Below are positions 13,013 through 25,984 of a DNA stretch of 64,000 nt, piece by piece (the stretch's first letter is position 1; each line of letters opens with the position of its first letter). The translations under genes were made by a program, and so were the position numbers. This stretch comes from Microthyrium microscopicum (taxonomy: Eukaryota). The stretch covers positions 602,993 through 666,992 of the forward strand of contig MU004234.1 in the NCBI GenBank assembly GCA_010405405.1. The letters run 5' to 3'. The notes under the pieces are model-generated. The model was given only the letters and a program-made list of their open reading frames with translations. It searched no databases and was not told where the DNA came from.

Positions 13013-14110
13013 ACCCATCACAAGATCTGAACGACAGGCTCGCGCAGAAGAGGAACACACATGCAAATCCATTTGACGAATAATGCCCATTATGAACTTT
13101 CGACACCTTCTATCGATACACACACAACTTACATTTCTACGAAACCCACCCTTCACAAAAGCTGTTTTTTGTACTCATCCCACTTTCTGCAGTTGGACCT
13201 GTTGATGGCCGACCCTTTTCAAAAACATCCCTTTTTGCACTTCACTTCTCAAAAACACCTTGTGGGACAAGCCAGAGTTTCTTTTTTGACCTGGTGTTGC
13301 TCCTGTATTTTTACTATATCCTTGCTCTTGTAACATTACCATAGCATATGGAATCAGGTACCCTGCATAGTCAAATATCACAATTACAAAAATCTATCAT
13401 TGTACTCACTTACTACCAGTGCCATTTTGTAACAAGACATGTCTGTTTCTGTGAAGCCTTACGTTGTGATCCCGTGTATATGCATGCAGACACACAACTG
13501 CGATATCGCCAAACTTACTAGCGTCACTTTGTCCATCTTTGAGCTTTGTACTACAATCATAAAACAGCCGAATGATAACCTACCCCTCTGTAACTTCTTG
13601 TTTACAGGAATGAAGTGACGTTGTGATCGCAGGACATCATGAGGGCACATTGTGGGCTGTGCAACCAATCTACAATATCCCAAAATGGAGGGCAAGATCT
13701 GCGATGACGTCAGGGATATATCCAAGCAAGGCATTCGGGATGCAAACGGGGAGGGGCGTATGATTGGTTTTTCTCCTTGATAGATTCGCTTGATAGGTTT
13801 CCTGATAGGTTCCCTAAGGTTCGCTAAATGACTTGTTGCCGTTCATGCGCGTTTGGAGGTGTGGTCAAAACAGGATCTGTAGATTGGATTACGTCGGTGG
13901 TGATCGGCCCTGGGATGAGAGCTGTAATGATGTATGTTCATGTGTAGGGATTTACTTAAGGTCGGACTCAGCCTGATATATCGTAACTTTTTACTACTTC
14001 ACAATTATACAAACACACAAGTTCTCATAAAATAAACCAATCCCCTTCATACCAACATCTCCAACAACAACCACATATACCACCACCACCAACAACCAAA
14101 TACCACAACC

Positions 14111-14692
14111 ATGCCTCTCTTCGGCCGCAAAAACAGACAAGTCGTCGAACCCGTCCCCCAACAACAATCAAGCGGTCTCTTCCACCGCAACGCCGCCCAC
14201 CCCCAAGCAACCTACGCCGAACCCACCCGCTCCTCCGGCGGCCTCTTCCACTCCTCCAACAACCACACCACCGCCACCGCCCCCATCGCCACCAACACAT
14301 CACCCACCCGCTCCTCCGGCGGCATCTTCAGCTCACGCCGACGCTCCGCCGAAGTCGCCCCCGTCGTCCACGAAAAGCGCAGCCTCTTCGGAGGATCCAA
14401 ATCGCGCCGCTCCGGCTCCCACTCGCCCAACCGCAATGGAGGCCTATTACACAGAAACGAAGACAGAAGCATCACGAACGCACGGAACCACGTGAGCGCA
14501 GCAGAGCGAGCGGAGATGGAGGCGAAGCGCGCGGAGCAGGCGGCGAAAGTGCAGGTAGCGACGGCACGGCGGGAGGCGAAGAATTTGGAGCGGGAGGCGG
14601 AGATGGAGGCGAAGATGGCGAGGCATAAGCAGAAGGAAAGTCATAATATTAACAAGAGGGCGGGACCGTTGGGGAAACATTTACATGTTTAG
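14111..14692 (+). CDS. Hydrophilic hypothetical protein (193 aa) with C-terminal Ala/Glu/Arg coiled coil
   Basis: Good ATG context (caaccATG) after a CA-rich leader. Repeated PTRSSGG(L/I)F units. C-terminus LHRNED.SI..AR..V..AE.AE.EA...LEREA..EA..A..KQ......KRA.PLG.H resembles an uncharacterised Pezizomycotina family (from memory). Confidence 0.8.
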   Translation: MPLFGRKNRQVVEPVPQQQSSGLFHRNAAHPQATYAEPTRSSGGLFHSSNNHTTATAPIATNTSPTRSSGGIFSSRRRSAEVAPVVHEKRSLFGGSKSRRSGSHSPNRNGGLLHRNEDRSITNARNHVSAAERAEMEAKRAEQAAKVQVATARREAKNLEREAEMEAKMARHKQKESHNINKRAGPLGKHLHV

Positions 14693-15535
14693 AGAATGAG
14701 GCGTGGATAGAGGTTGTATGATTATTGGCGTGTGGGTGGGTGTGAGCGGGATGGATTGTGGGTGGAATTGTATTTTTATGTATGATGTTATGAGGTTATG
14801 AGATTGAGCTATTGTTTATTGTAGTAAACTCCAGTTTCTGATATATTTAATCTGCTTTCAAAAAAGTATTCACACGTTACATAGCCGATGAAGACAATTG
14901 GACTTACTATCAACGTGGATTAGAGTATGTCATTCTCAACAAAGCCACTGGGAACGATTATGCCGCCTCAAACATCTACTCAAATACTCAACGCAGATGG
15001 GTTATCTGCTATTATCTTATCGAAATATATATTGATCTCTTCTAGAAAACCCTACATTTGAAGAAAAATTGAAAAGATATATGAGCATGTCTTTGATCCA
15101 AAAAGAGATTCGATCGCATGAACATATTTATACTTCTATACCTGAACACGTACAATACTAATCCGGATACTATGATTCCGTGGAGTCTACCAGATATATC
15201 GATCGACTTCAGCTTCGACGCCTTGATCTAAATAAAGGCTTAGCATAGCACAGAAAATGGGTCTAGAAGGTTACACTTTCAGCCCATATCTCATGCACCT
15301 TATCTTCCTTATCTGCCCCCTACCGCAGCAGTTTTGATATCAAACCACAAGGCTGAAAAAAGGCGTAAAACCAAGATTCTCAGCATTTCGCAACTGCGCA
15401 GCCCCCAAAATTGGAACCTGATAACAGATCATTAAAGGTGTACATACGCTCCAGATTTCCTTTGATATCACAAAATACCTGTCGTTACCATTTCGTCAAA
15501 CTTCGCCCTAATTTTATATATACACTCATTCCAAA

Positions 15536-16184
15536 ATGCGTCTATCAGTCATCACCCCATTCCTGGCCCTGGCCGCTTCAGTCACTGGTATATTTCACCT
15601 CCTATGCAAACAGATTTTGAAGTACTAACAGCCTCTAAGCTATTATGATAACTTCCCCTGCCTCTGGAACGGACACCACGCAAACCATCTCCCTCGACCT
15701 CTCCACCTCGCAAGATATAACCTGGACATCCGTCTCCACCGATCCCACCTCCTTCGAACTCCTACTCGTCAGCGTAAACGCATACCCAGTTACATCCACT
15801 GTCATCGCAACTTCCGTCTCAACTTCTGATGGAAAGTATAGCTTGAAGCCACAGACTGATGTGACTGTTGGAGGCATGTATCGGATCAATTTTGTGAATG
15901 CGACGTCCGGTGCGATCATGGCGCAGTCCGGGCAGTTTACTGTGTCAAAGAAGGCTGGTAGTTCGAGCTCGAGTGCGTCAAGCTCTGCTACGTCGTCGAC
16001 TTCGTCTGGATCGTCAAAGGCAACTGGGGCATCTAGCACTATGTCGACTGCGACTGGATCTTCGGCTTCGGCGTCGGCTTCTGCGAGTTCGACGAGTGCT
16101 ACTAGCAAGTCTGCTGGTTCTATGGTTAAGGGGTGTGGTGAAGCGGGATTGATTGCTGTTGTGTTTGCCGCTTTCCTATTCTGA
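15536..16184 (+). CDS. GPI-anchored Ser/Thr-rich cell-wall protein with Kre9/KNH-like N-terminal Ig-like domain
   Basis: ATG 15536, signal MRLSVITPFLALAASVTA (intron 15588-15639, AAG acceptor). Then IMITSP..ITWTSVSTDPTSFELLLV..YRINFV..IMAQSGQFTV, a Ser/Thr stalk and a hydrophobic C-terminus. Confidence 0.85.
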
Positions 16185-16486
16185 TAGAAGATTTTCTGGG
16201 CTCAACTGCATCCTTTGTATAGCGATGTCTTGAAGATTCGATTTGATGAGGTTGTCTACAAAGTAACCTGCTGTGTTTCTCAACGTTTGAAGGACATGTC
16301 CACATCAAAATTTTCTTCGTGGTATGGATATTGGGTCACTCTTATTCTTGTTATAATAATACTCCACTTGCGATCTGTTAGTTTTTGTTTTTGGCTTGAA
16401 TGATAAATACATTGGGGGCATATAGAAATCTTCTTCTTCTGTAGAATATACCACATCTTATAGATTCGTTCCACTGCCTGCTACGA

Positions 16487-17965
16487 TTAGTATTCCATCG
16501 CCTGCTCAAACAGCCTCGTAACCTGTTGTCTCTCCTCATCCTTATCCGTCTGTTCCAAATTCGGCGCAAGATTCAACACTCTCCGTTGCGGCAACGTCCC
16601 CTCGACCAACGTCTCTACATGCTCCGGCCCAAAGCCCAACGCTTTAAGGCCACGCGGTTGATCACCCAACTTGACCAAGAACGCCGCAATAGCTTCGCTT
16701 AGTACTTCACCTGCACTTTCGCGCTTGACATTACTCACATCCACACCAAAACACTCCGCAGCTGCTAAATGTCGCTCTGGATTACTCGCCGCCGTGAATC
16801 TGAATACCGCTGGCGCCGTCACCGCAACACTGACTCCATGTGGGATAATGGGCTTGTGCTCTGCGTACCCGGCATGCTTGTACCCTGGATTTTGGCCACT
16901 GATCGGATAGCTCATGCCATGGCATAGATGAACGCCTGCGTTGCCGAATCCGACACCTGCGAGTGTGGCTGCCAGCAACATCTGCTCTTGCGCCTCAAAG
17001 TCTTCTGGATCTTTGACAGCGCGCGGGAGATATTGGATCGTGCTCTTGAGCGCCTGCAGGCTGAAAATATCAGATATTGGATTCGCGCCCTGATATGCCG
17101 GCCTAAGTATCGGATTTGTTGGTCGTGGCACGCGCTCGTTGAATGGAATTGCTGTCCAGCTTTCTAGACTGTGGCAGAGGACGTCGAGTCCGCTGGATGC
17201 TGCGACGGCGGATGGCATACTGCGTGTGTTGAGTGGATCGCATAAGCCCAGTGTGGGTTTTAGTGCCCGGTGCGCGACGCCTGTTTTCGCTTTCGCGGAC
17301 ACTAGGTCGAAGATTGCGGTGCCCGTTGTCTCCGAACCTGTACCAGCGGTCGTTGGGATCGCGATGAGTGGAAGGAGGGGTTTATCAATTGGCAGGCCTT
17401 TGCCAAGCGGGGCGTTTACAAAATCGAGAAAGTGCGCGTCCGGATAACACGTATAGAGATTCATGAGTTTCGCGGTATCCATTACAGATCCACCGCCGAC
17501 TGCGAGGAAGAGATCTGGTTTCAACGGTCTCGAAAAGGCAATGGCGGCTTGCACAGAGGTATCTTTAGGTTCCACTGAGACGGCGTCGAAGATATGGAAA
17601 TTCACACCAACGCTATCAAGAGCTTCGCGGACCTGTTGCATGGCAGGAAGTCTGGAGATATTAGGATCTGTGACGACGATTACGTTTTTGGCGCCCATGT
17701 TTTGAACGTCCATGCCGACTTCTTTGGTGCATCCGGGACCGAAGCGGATGCTGGAGGCGGCCATTTCAAAGGCATATTCTTTTTGCTGTGAGCGGTCCAT
17801 TGGTGTGGCTAGTCGCCGTTTGGGGGTAAGTCCTGTGAGGCCATTGTGATGGTGATGGCCTGGATTGCTGTGGCAGGGACAGGTTGGTGGGTGGGATTGG
17901 ATTGTGCGGAGGAGGTTGAGTGCTCGCACTGCGCGGCTTGGTGCTATTCGTATACCAAAAGACAT
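16487..17965 (-). CDS. ADHFE1: Mitochondrial hydroxyacid-oxoacid transhydrogenase (iron-containing alcohol dehydrogenase family)
   Basis: Arg-rich presequence, CPCH motif, EYAFEMAASSIRFGPG, GGGSVMDTAK, IPTTAGTGSE, DVLCHSLES, GVHLCHGMSYPI, PHG. True ATG is 17965; the track ORF starts at an upstream TTG. Confidence 0.93.
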   Translation of the reverse strand: MSFGIRIAPSRAVRALNLLRTIQSHPPTCPCHSNPGHHHHNGLTGLTPKRRLATPMDRSQQKEYAFEMAASSIRFGPGCTKEVGMDVQNMGAKNVIVVTDPNISRLPAMQQVREALDSVGVNFHIFDAVSVEPKDTSVQAAIAFSRPLKPDLFLAVGGGSVMDTAKLMNLYTCYPDAHFLDFVNAPLGKGLPIDKPLLPLIAIPTTAGTGSETTGTAIFDLVSAKAKTGVAHRALKPTLGLCDPLNTRSMPSAVAASSGLDVLCHSLESWTAIPFNERVPRPTNPILRPAYQGANPISDIFSLQALKSTIQYLPRAVKDPEDFEAQEQMLLAATLAGVGFGNAGVHLCHGMSYPISGQNPGYKHAGYAEHKPIIPHGVSVAVTAPAVFRFTAASNPERHLAAAECFGVDVSNVKRESAGEVLSEAIAAFLVKLGDQPRGLKALGFGPEHVETLVEGTLPQRRVLNLAPNLEQTDKDEERQQVTRLFEQAMEY

Positions 17966-18485
17966 GATTGTTGGAGGCAAGGCATGTAGTAAGGAGGTCC
18001 TCAGGAAAGGAGAGTCGGTAAGTGATGTTTTAGCTCACAGCTTTAGCGTCATTCCCGATGATGAGCGGGGAAGGTGGAAATAATTCCATTGTAATGCCGC
18101 TCCGCGTCCTGATTTGACATTTGGAAGGTATAGTACATGAAACATGACCTAATCGGAGATGTTACTCCAGACCCAGCATTTCCGCATGTTACAACCCAAC
18201 TTCATTGTAGCACCCGTAGATGGGAAGAGATGTTGAAGAACTTGAAGATAAGTCCCAAAAAGGAAAGCAGACACGAGGCCACGATCCCCACGTGTGACAA
18301 GGATCTTCAACCGATCAAAGCTCCATCGACGTCAGTTCCTGACTCACGAGATTTCGCGTCAGCCTCGTGTCTTGTCTACTTCTTCACTTCTTAACGATCT
18401 AATATACGCGACTTGAAGCATCATCTTAGCGTTTCATAGTTCTTCGATGAGCTTATGATGTCTTGATGTTCACCAACTACGTCTC

Positions 18486-21400
18486 ATGATGGCTCGAGGC
18501 GGCGTAAGAGCTGTGACCAAGGGGGGCAAAGCTAAAGGCAAACAGCCTGCGAAGAAAGATGATGGAGTTCCTCAAGAATACAAAGACATGCTTGAGGAGC
18601 TTGGGACTAGCTCCAGAAGTGAACCTCCCGCTAAAAGGCGCCGGGTGGGAGATTACATAAAACCTCCAGCGTTTAACCCAGCGAACGCATCTTTCATTCC
18701 AACAAGTAGGAGCGTGCCTGTGCACGAGGAAGTCGAAAATGAAGAAGAGTCAGAAGGTGAACTGGTGGACATGCCGAAACTTCAGACAGTTGAGGATGAT
18801 TCAGAGGACAGTGACGACTTTGAATGGGAAGACGTTGAAGTTGATCAATTCGATGACGATACTCCACTGCTACCTAGCGAGCGCAAGATGGACTTTGATG
18901 GAGACTCCATTTCAATCACCCTCAGTGGTCCAATAGTTCCGATTCCATCAAGTAAACGTCGGGCAGCTCGAAAACCAATGAGCAAAGTGGAGAAAACTCG
19001 CCGACTTGAAGCTCACAAAGCTCACGTACTATGCCTGCTATACCATAGCTTCATTCGCAACTCATGGTGCAATGATGACCTCCTGCAAAAGACCGTCAGG
19101 AAAGGGATACCATTGACTGCGAAACTGGTAACTCATCTCGTCCCTGATCCTTCAGCAATCCAGCTCCAAAGGTCCAAGTTTTTCAAAGAATCCTTGAAAC
19201 AGATACTAGAGCTATGGAGATCTGCCTTTTCAATCACTGAATATGGCATATCGCGACCGCACTGGCGAGACCCACCTCGGACGTTTGGATTGAATGATGT
19301 CGAGGCTTTCTTGGATCTAGAGGACTTCAGATCCAAGGCAAAACAGATGAGTGGCTCAGCAGATTATGGAGCTCAACTATTTTGTGCTCTGCTTCGAGGT
19401 ATGGGAGTTGAAACTAGGCTTGTGTGTTCACTACAGCCTCTTCCTTTCGCGGCAACATCTACGACTCCTGTCAAGCCGCCCTCTGTTATTACCATTTACG
19501 CAGTGGACTCGGATGAAGAAATGGATAACAACGGGAATCATGAGCAAGACAGTCCATCTGCACCACGTCGGATATCGAGATTGGGCGGAGGTCGAAGAGG
19601 TCGGCAAAATGCTACTGTTGCTAGTTCCGCTTCCAAGATTGTGACCAACAGGAGGAGAAGCGTTGCCCGTCCAAGGCATCCCGTCTTCTGGGTCGAGGCA
19701 TTTGACGAGGCCTATCAAACGTGGATACCAATCGATCCCATGGCGCTTGGAAACATGGGGAAGCCTTTTTCATTAGAGCCCGCCCAGAACGACCCCGACA
19801 ACACCTTGTCTTATGTAATCGCCTTTGAAGAAAATGGCGTCGCACGCGATGTCACTAGACGCTACGCAAAAACCTACAACGCCAAAACACGAAAACTAAG
19901 AGTAGAAGTCACAGAGCGCGGCATAGAATGGTTCAAGAAGGCAATGCGCATCTTCCGACGCAAAAACCCTCTCGTTCGTTCATTCCCACCTCCCCATCCA
20001 GACCCAGCAAAACTGATATACTTTATATAGGACCGCGATCAACTAGAAGACGCAGCATTCATCCAACGCGACATCTCAGAAGGCATGCCCCGCAACATCG
20101 AAGACTTCAAAGGCCACCCCATCTACGTCCTAGAACGCCATCTCTACCGCGACCAAGTCATCCACCCCAAACGCGAAGTCGGCAAAGTCGGCCAAAATAA
20201 CAAAGTCGGCAACTCATCGAACCTTGAGCCCGTATATCGTCGCCAGGATGTGCAGACCGTTAAGACTGCTGAGAAGTGGTTTCGGCTAGGTCGAAAGCTG
20301 AAGGAGGGCGAGATGCCGCTGAAGCAAATCAAAGCTAGACGCGGCAATGATGTGCCGCCAGATGATGAAGCGGCGATGGCGGAACCGTCCGTAGGCGTGT
20401 TTGCGCAGTTTCAGACGGAGGTTTATGTTCCGCCGCCAGTGAAGGATGGCAGAATATTCAAGAATGTGTTTGGGAATATTGACGTTTACGTCCGCAGTAT
20501 GATTCCTGCTGGCGCTGTGCTCGTGCGCTCACAGTATGGCAAGCAAGCCGCACGCTTACTTGGCGTTGACTATGCGGAGGCTGTTACAGGCTTCAAATTC
20601 AAAGGGCGGCACGGCACAGCCGTCATCGCAGGTGTCGTGGTCGCCGCTGAATACCGCGATGCCATAGCAGCCGTGTTAGAAGGTCTTGCGTATATGCGGG
20701 AAACTGAGCTTGAAAAAGCACGCTTATCACGCGTACTCGCTCTATGGCGCAAATTCGTGATCGGTCTACGGATCATTGAGCGTGTCAAAGAGTATCGCGG
20801 AGTGGATGAAGATGTAGATGATGAGACGGCGGATGCAAAGATTAGAGATGAGGTTGAAAAGGAGATGAGGCATTATCATGAGGAGGAACAGAAGGCACCT
20901 GAATCTGCACTCTTACCTGATATGGGTGATTTTGAGATTGTGGAGTCGATACATCGATTGCCTACGCCGGAGCCTGTGGTGCGGAGACAAGCATCGGAAG
21001 CGCTGTCAGACCTGTTCGAGGAGCCGGAGGAGGGCGGATTTATGAGAAATGATGTGCCTTCACGCCCAGGACCAAGCAAACCTACCATCAAGCAACGAGA
21101 GCCTCCGGCTCAGGAAGTCGACCAGGGCGATGGAGGTGGCGGATTTATCATGGATGATGAGCCAGATCATCCCCACGATGTTGAAATGGCAGAACCAGAT
21201 ACAGAGCCCGAGGGCGGTGGTTTCATGGTCAACGAGCATGACGATGGTGGCGGCTTCATTCTTGATAACCAAGTGGAAGGCGGCGGATTCATGATTGGTG
21301 ATCCTCCAGAGGATGAAGGAGTCAAGAGGGATGAACCACCGGAACACAATCATCAGAATATACCAGAACCTACTCGCGATACCTTCCAGACTCAACAAGA

Positions 21401-21527
21401 AACTCGAGCGCCTTCTGTTCCCAAGAGCGTTGAGCCTCCAAAGGAACTATCCGATCACGATGACAACGACTCTTTACTTTCTCACGATCCTAACGAAGAT
21501 GAAGAAGAGCCAGACTGGTTGGATTAG
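18486..21527 (+). CDS. RAD4: Nucleotide excision repair protein Rad4/XPC
   Basis: FEWEDV acidic motif, HKAHVLCLLYH..IRNSWCND, GSADYGAQLFCALLR..RLVCSLQP, PVFWVEAFD, DVTRRYA. Intron 19974-20030, then DRDQLED..MPRNIEDFKGHPIYVLERHL and KNVFGNIDVY..MIPAGAV..AVTGFKF (BHD1-3). Confidence 0.95.
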
Positions 21528-21867
21528 ATTTCAAGTGTATAACAGATGGATTTAGTCATGGTATTGGATCGCTTGAAGGTTTGACATAGTTAGATGCTCA
21601 TCAACGTCAAGGAGTACACGATAATTTACGAACTGTCTGTAAAAGTCAGGTGTACTTGTTATACGCAATACAATGAGTGTAGCAGCTGAAAAGACTTGAT
21701 ATGCGATCCTTACATACCAGCACTGCTCGATGAAAATGTACCATCTGTTCGTGATACAAGGATTAAGCTTCGCCAGTGAAGTGTGAAGCTAAATTTTATA
21801 CTGAGGGGTTGTATCAAATTGTGTTTTCTAAAAAGACTCCTCATCATCCTATCTAATTGAATCCACA

Positions 21868-22316
21868 ATGGCACCAAGCGACCCTCCAAATCCCCTTCCA
21901 GAATTCATATATAAGATCCATCTACCAGCTGAGGATTTCAATTATAAGCTGTCCGACTTTGATCGTGTCTCCGGCTTCATCCATCTCAGTGTCTGGGAAC
22001 AAGCAAGTCTCCAACCCCGTTGATCTTATTCCATATACTGACATTACAATAGGTCTTCAAGACGGCTGACCGATTCTTCGCAAATGACACAAGTCTCGTA
22101 ATTCAGAGAATCCAAATCGACAAGCTAAAAGCGAAGGGCGGAAATTTGGAGTGGGAATACGTGGATGGCGCCATATTTCCTCACTGGTTCTTCGAGCCGC
22201 TTGATCAAGCATTAGTTGGGTTGGGAGATGTTGCTACTTGGACTAGGAAGTCGGATGTTTTGTGGGAAGGGGCTTTTGATGGGACTTCGCCACCATTGGC
22301 GCCAGAATCACGATAG
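21868..22316 (+). CDS. DUF952-family protein (not in ORF track; GC-AG intron 22003-22052)
   Basis: MAPSDPPNPLPEFIYKIH...LSDFDRVSGFIHLSVWEQ|VFKTADRFFANDTSLVIQRI...LEWEYVDGAIFPHWF...TAG matches the DUF952 pattern YKI..D..GFIHLS..Q...TA.RFF..WE..FPH. Donor gcaagt, branch ctgac, acceptor aatag. Confidence 0.85.
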
Positions 22317-22628
22317 CTAGAAATATAAACTGGCGAAAGTATTCAACGGGGAAGGTTGAAGCGCCAAGAATTCCTGCATATAACACTCAAATGCAAAAGA
22401 GCTTCCAAAAGCATATATATAATGAATATTGAAGATGCGCCAGAAGCCGTGGTACTGGCTCTGATGCACACATGTCATCGTCTAATTTGTAGCCATGTGT
22501 GAACAAAGTGTTCATACATTCCTTCCTCCCTCCTTCATCCTCTCAGTACTCAAACAGCACAACTTCTTCCCACCATCAAGTGTCCCATTGCTTTCATAGT
22601 CTTAAGCCAACCATTCTCTTCCAATCTT

Positions 22629-22892
22629 CTAGATCTTCAAGAATGACTTCAGCTTTTGTGCGCCCGAAGGACCAGATCCTTTGGCGGGAGCAGCGCCAGC
22701 CTTCTTCGGGTCGGGCTTCTTCGCTGGCTTCTTATATGCCTGGCCAGTGACGAAAGATATATACCAGGCGAGCAGACCGACGAAGATGATGGCGAATAGC
22801 CAACCGAGGAGGTATGCCAGGAGGACGGGGTTGGCTTGAACGGTGGCGAGGGCGTTGGGTGTGAGCACCGGCTTGAGGAATTCGAATGCCAT
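22629..22892 (-). CDS. Small single-pass membrane protein (87 aa) with Lys/Pro-rich tail
   Basis: atcATG context; one hydrophobic segment LLAYLLGWLFAIIFVGLLAWYISFV followed by AYKKPAKKPDPKK. Confidence 0.75.
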   Translation of the reverse strand: MAFEFLKPVLTPNALATVQANPVLLAYLLGWLFAIIFVGLLAWYISFVTGQAYKKPAKKPDPKKAGAAPAKGSGPSGAQKLKSFLKI

Positions 22893-23691
22893 GATGTATG
22901 AACTTTATGTATTTCGAGAGGTATTTGAGATTGGGTATATGGTTTATGCAGTTCGTAGAGTAGTATAGCGCTTCCAGGCGTATACAGCGTTGGTCGTTGG
23001 AAGTCGTTTCAGAATCGCTGGTTCAAAAAGGTAGGTTCGCACTGGGTAAATTCAGACCAGCTGGAGGGCTCGCGCGGGAGTAGAAACGGCGTGATTGTTG
23101 GAAAGATATGCAGCACAGCGCAATGCAGTAAAGTCAAAGAAGTCGCAAGTGAAGAGAAAGGGAGAAGTGGATCAGGAGGTTGTCGTGGTCTTGATACATT
23201 TGGCGCGAAGGGACTCGTGTTGGGCCTGCATGATTGGTTGACGGGCTGTTTCAGCTGTCTCAAGATCTCACCACTTTTCGACCTTGACTGCCTCCGCAAA
23301 CTTTATTTATCGTTGAAGACATGCCATGTTATCGTTAACAGCCATAGGACTCTCAATTTTCTTCAATGACTTGTTGACCGATTTACTTCGGTGAGCCCTC
23401 GATCACAACGCTGCCCCTTAACTGCGCCAAAAGGGGCGAGCATTGATCTTGACATCAACGATTACATTTCGCCTGTATCAAGGAGCGATGTTTCATTGAC
23501 CGAAAGAAGGCAGACTTTGACAGCCGAAATTGTACCTCGAGCTGACTTATTGTTGAAAGAACCATCTATCAGCTTCCACATCCGGTCTTCATCAAAAACA
23601 AATTGCCAGCTTTGAGAAGATCAAACAGAGCAATTGGAGCGCATCTGCATTCTTCTAATGAAGTGTCTATTCAGCTATTAATTACAGCACT

Positions 23692-25339
23692 CTATTCTTC
23701 ATCTCGCTTCACCCAAATGACTGGACCTTCATATTCCTTCCTGCCCTTCACGAGGTAGTAGACCAAAGCAATGATGAACACTCCCACCAACATGATACTA
23801 GACCAGTTCATAGTAGTCGCTGTCACGGGCGTGGCTATTGGCCATGTTATGAAGAATATCAACGGGGTCAGGAACATTAGTGCAGTGACATTGATCGCAA
23901 GACCAAACTTTCCAAGAGACCATTTCCGATACGGCAAGTCTGGACCAGCAATCCTCCGATAAATGATGCAGCTAATGGTAAGGAAATAGGAGCATAAGAC
24001 AGCGAGTGCTCCAAGAGATGTGATGGCGTTCAGCGCGACTGAGGAGCCAATGTTGATGCAGCAGAGAAGTATGGTGATGGTCATGGAGAGAATGACGGCT
24101 GGGAAGGGAATATTCCAGCTTGGTGAGACTTTTGATAGCCATTTCCAGCCTGGGAGACCTTGATCGCGAGCGAATGACCACACTTGACGCGAAGAGGCTG
24201 CGAGTTCTGAGATACAGCAGCCTGTCAGCATTATGATCACGATTGCGGTCAACGTATTGGTGGCTGCATAGCTGCCAGTTGCGTTATAGAAGATTTGGAT
24301 GAATGGATATCCGGTCACACCAGACGTGACGCTCGCAACATCTCCGAGGGTGAAGATCAGAGTTACGCTCATGATGAAAGCGAGCGATCCATTGAGAACG
24401 ACAGAGCCCATGATAGCGTTGGGCAGAGTTCGAGCAGCATCATTGATCTCTTCTGCCATGTGTGCGGAGCAGTCATAGCCAACGAGAACCGCAATTGGTG
24501 CAAGAAGACCTATCATTGACGATAATCCGGTACTTGACCAGCCACCAGCGTTGGTGAATTGAAGTAGCACAACGTCAGCGTTGCCAATTGGTGCCATTCT
24601 CCAGAGGGTGCCAATGATAGCAAAGAACCCGACTACGTGGATTACCAACATCGTTCCTTGGACTAGTGGCAACTGAGAAGCTAATATGGAGTTGAATAGG
24701 ACTGAGAAGACGATGGTAGCGATGGCCAGTAGAGTTCCATGCCAATTCTTCCATATATAGGTCGGATCGTTCAGAGCGATAAGGCCTTGTATCATCGTGC
24801 CGACCAAGAATGCTACGGAGGCCAGATAGACTTGCCACCCAAGACCAGTCAACCAGCCGGCGAAGTAGCTGAGCATCTTTTGATGTCGACGGGGTGCGAG
24901 CTCAGACACCCAGTGATACTGACCGCCAGCTGTCGGCGACCTACCAGCATTAGCAGGCGCATATATCTTACTACTTCAATACATACATTGACGCCAATTC
25001 CGCGATACTCGCATATACCAGAGCTTGACCGAAGGTGCACACAATAGCTCCCCAGAACAGCAAAGCTGTGCCGCCGTTCACCAACCAAAAGCCTGTATAT
25101 GCCAAAACTCCCTCCCAGCTAGCAACACATGTAGATGCAAAGGCAAGCATAGTATAGAACCCAAAGTTGCGTCGCAATACCTGCTTCTTCCCCATGACAC
25201 TCATATCATGAGCATCAGCATTAGTGCCCTTGAATTTGTCTGGAATATTGCTGATATTCGAATCAAACACATTCGACTCGGCTGGTGAATGGCCAACAGT
25301 GTTCAGGCCGAAGCCACTCTTCTCGTCGATTTCGACCAT
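23692..25339 (-). CDS. APC-superfamily amino acid/choline/GABA permease
   Basis: MGKKQVLRRNFGF..SWEG..NGG..SIAELASM|SPTAGGQYHWVSELAP (intron 24941-24986), GYDCSAHMAEEI, SSRQVWSFARDQGLP, many TM segments. Confidence 0.92.
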
Positions 25340-25984
25340 GGCGCAAAGATAGCCACCTTAGCGACTTGACGGAACGAGAATATGGTAGGATAGGAAAATT
25401 GTAGGAGAAAGAATGGTCAAAAGGACCCCGGCTGGAACGAAGACCATGATCAACGTTATACATGTACTCGTAGAGACCCTGCATCGTAGATAAGTAGCGA
25501 TAGATCTAGTGCTATCTGCATGTACTGTAAGTCTGAACGATTCAACCAACGAAGATAACCAAAGGCACGTCGTACCCACTTTTAGGTCTGGGCATCGTAT
25601 ATCCGCAGCTGTGGTAACCGTACAATCGTACATCGCGGGGAGGGCTATCACTGGACACTTTTACGCCTCTTTTGGAGGGTTTGAAGGTCCCACAGCCCAT
25701 TGACAGTTGGGTCTCTGTGACCTCACCCCACGCCTTGTGCCTCCTAGCTCATAAATTCCACTGCCTGGCAGTATCTCTCATTTTTATACATCAATCAGAA
25801 TGTTGAATTGGTTGGCTCATTTCTTTGAAGTCGGCGGAAAATGCTCTTATACTTTAGAAATCTTTCAGTCCGTATAAATACCAATGTATGACACTATCTT
25901 CCAACGATGATACAGTTGATTGTCGAGTGATATTTATGCTCCGTTTCTCATCAGAATTGACGCTGAAGTGATCGGACTATCCTC

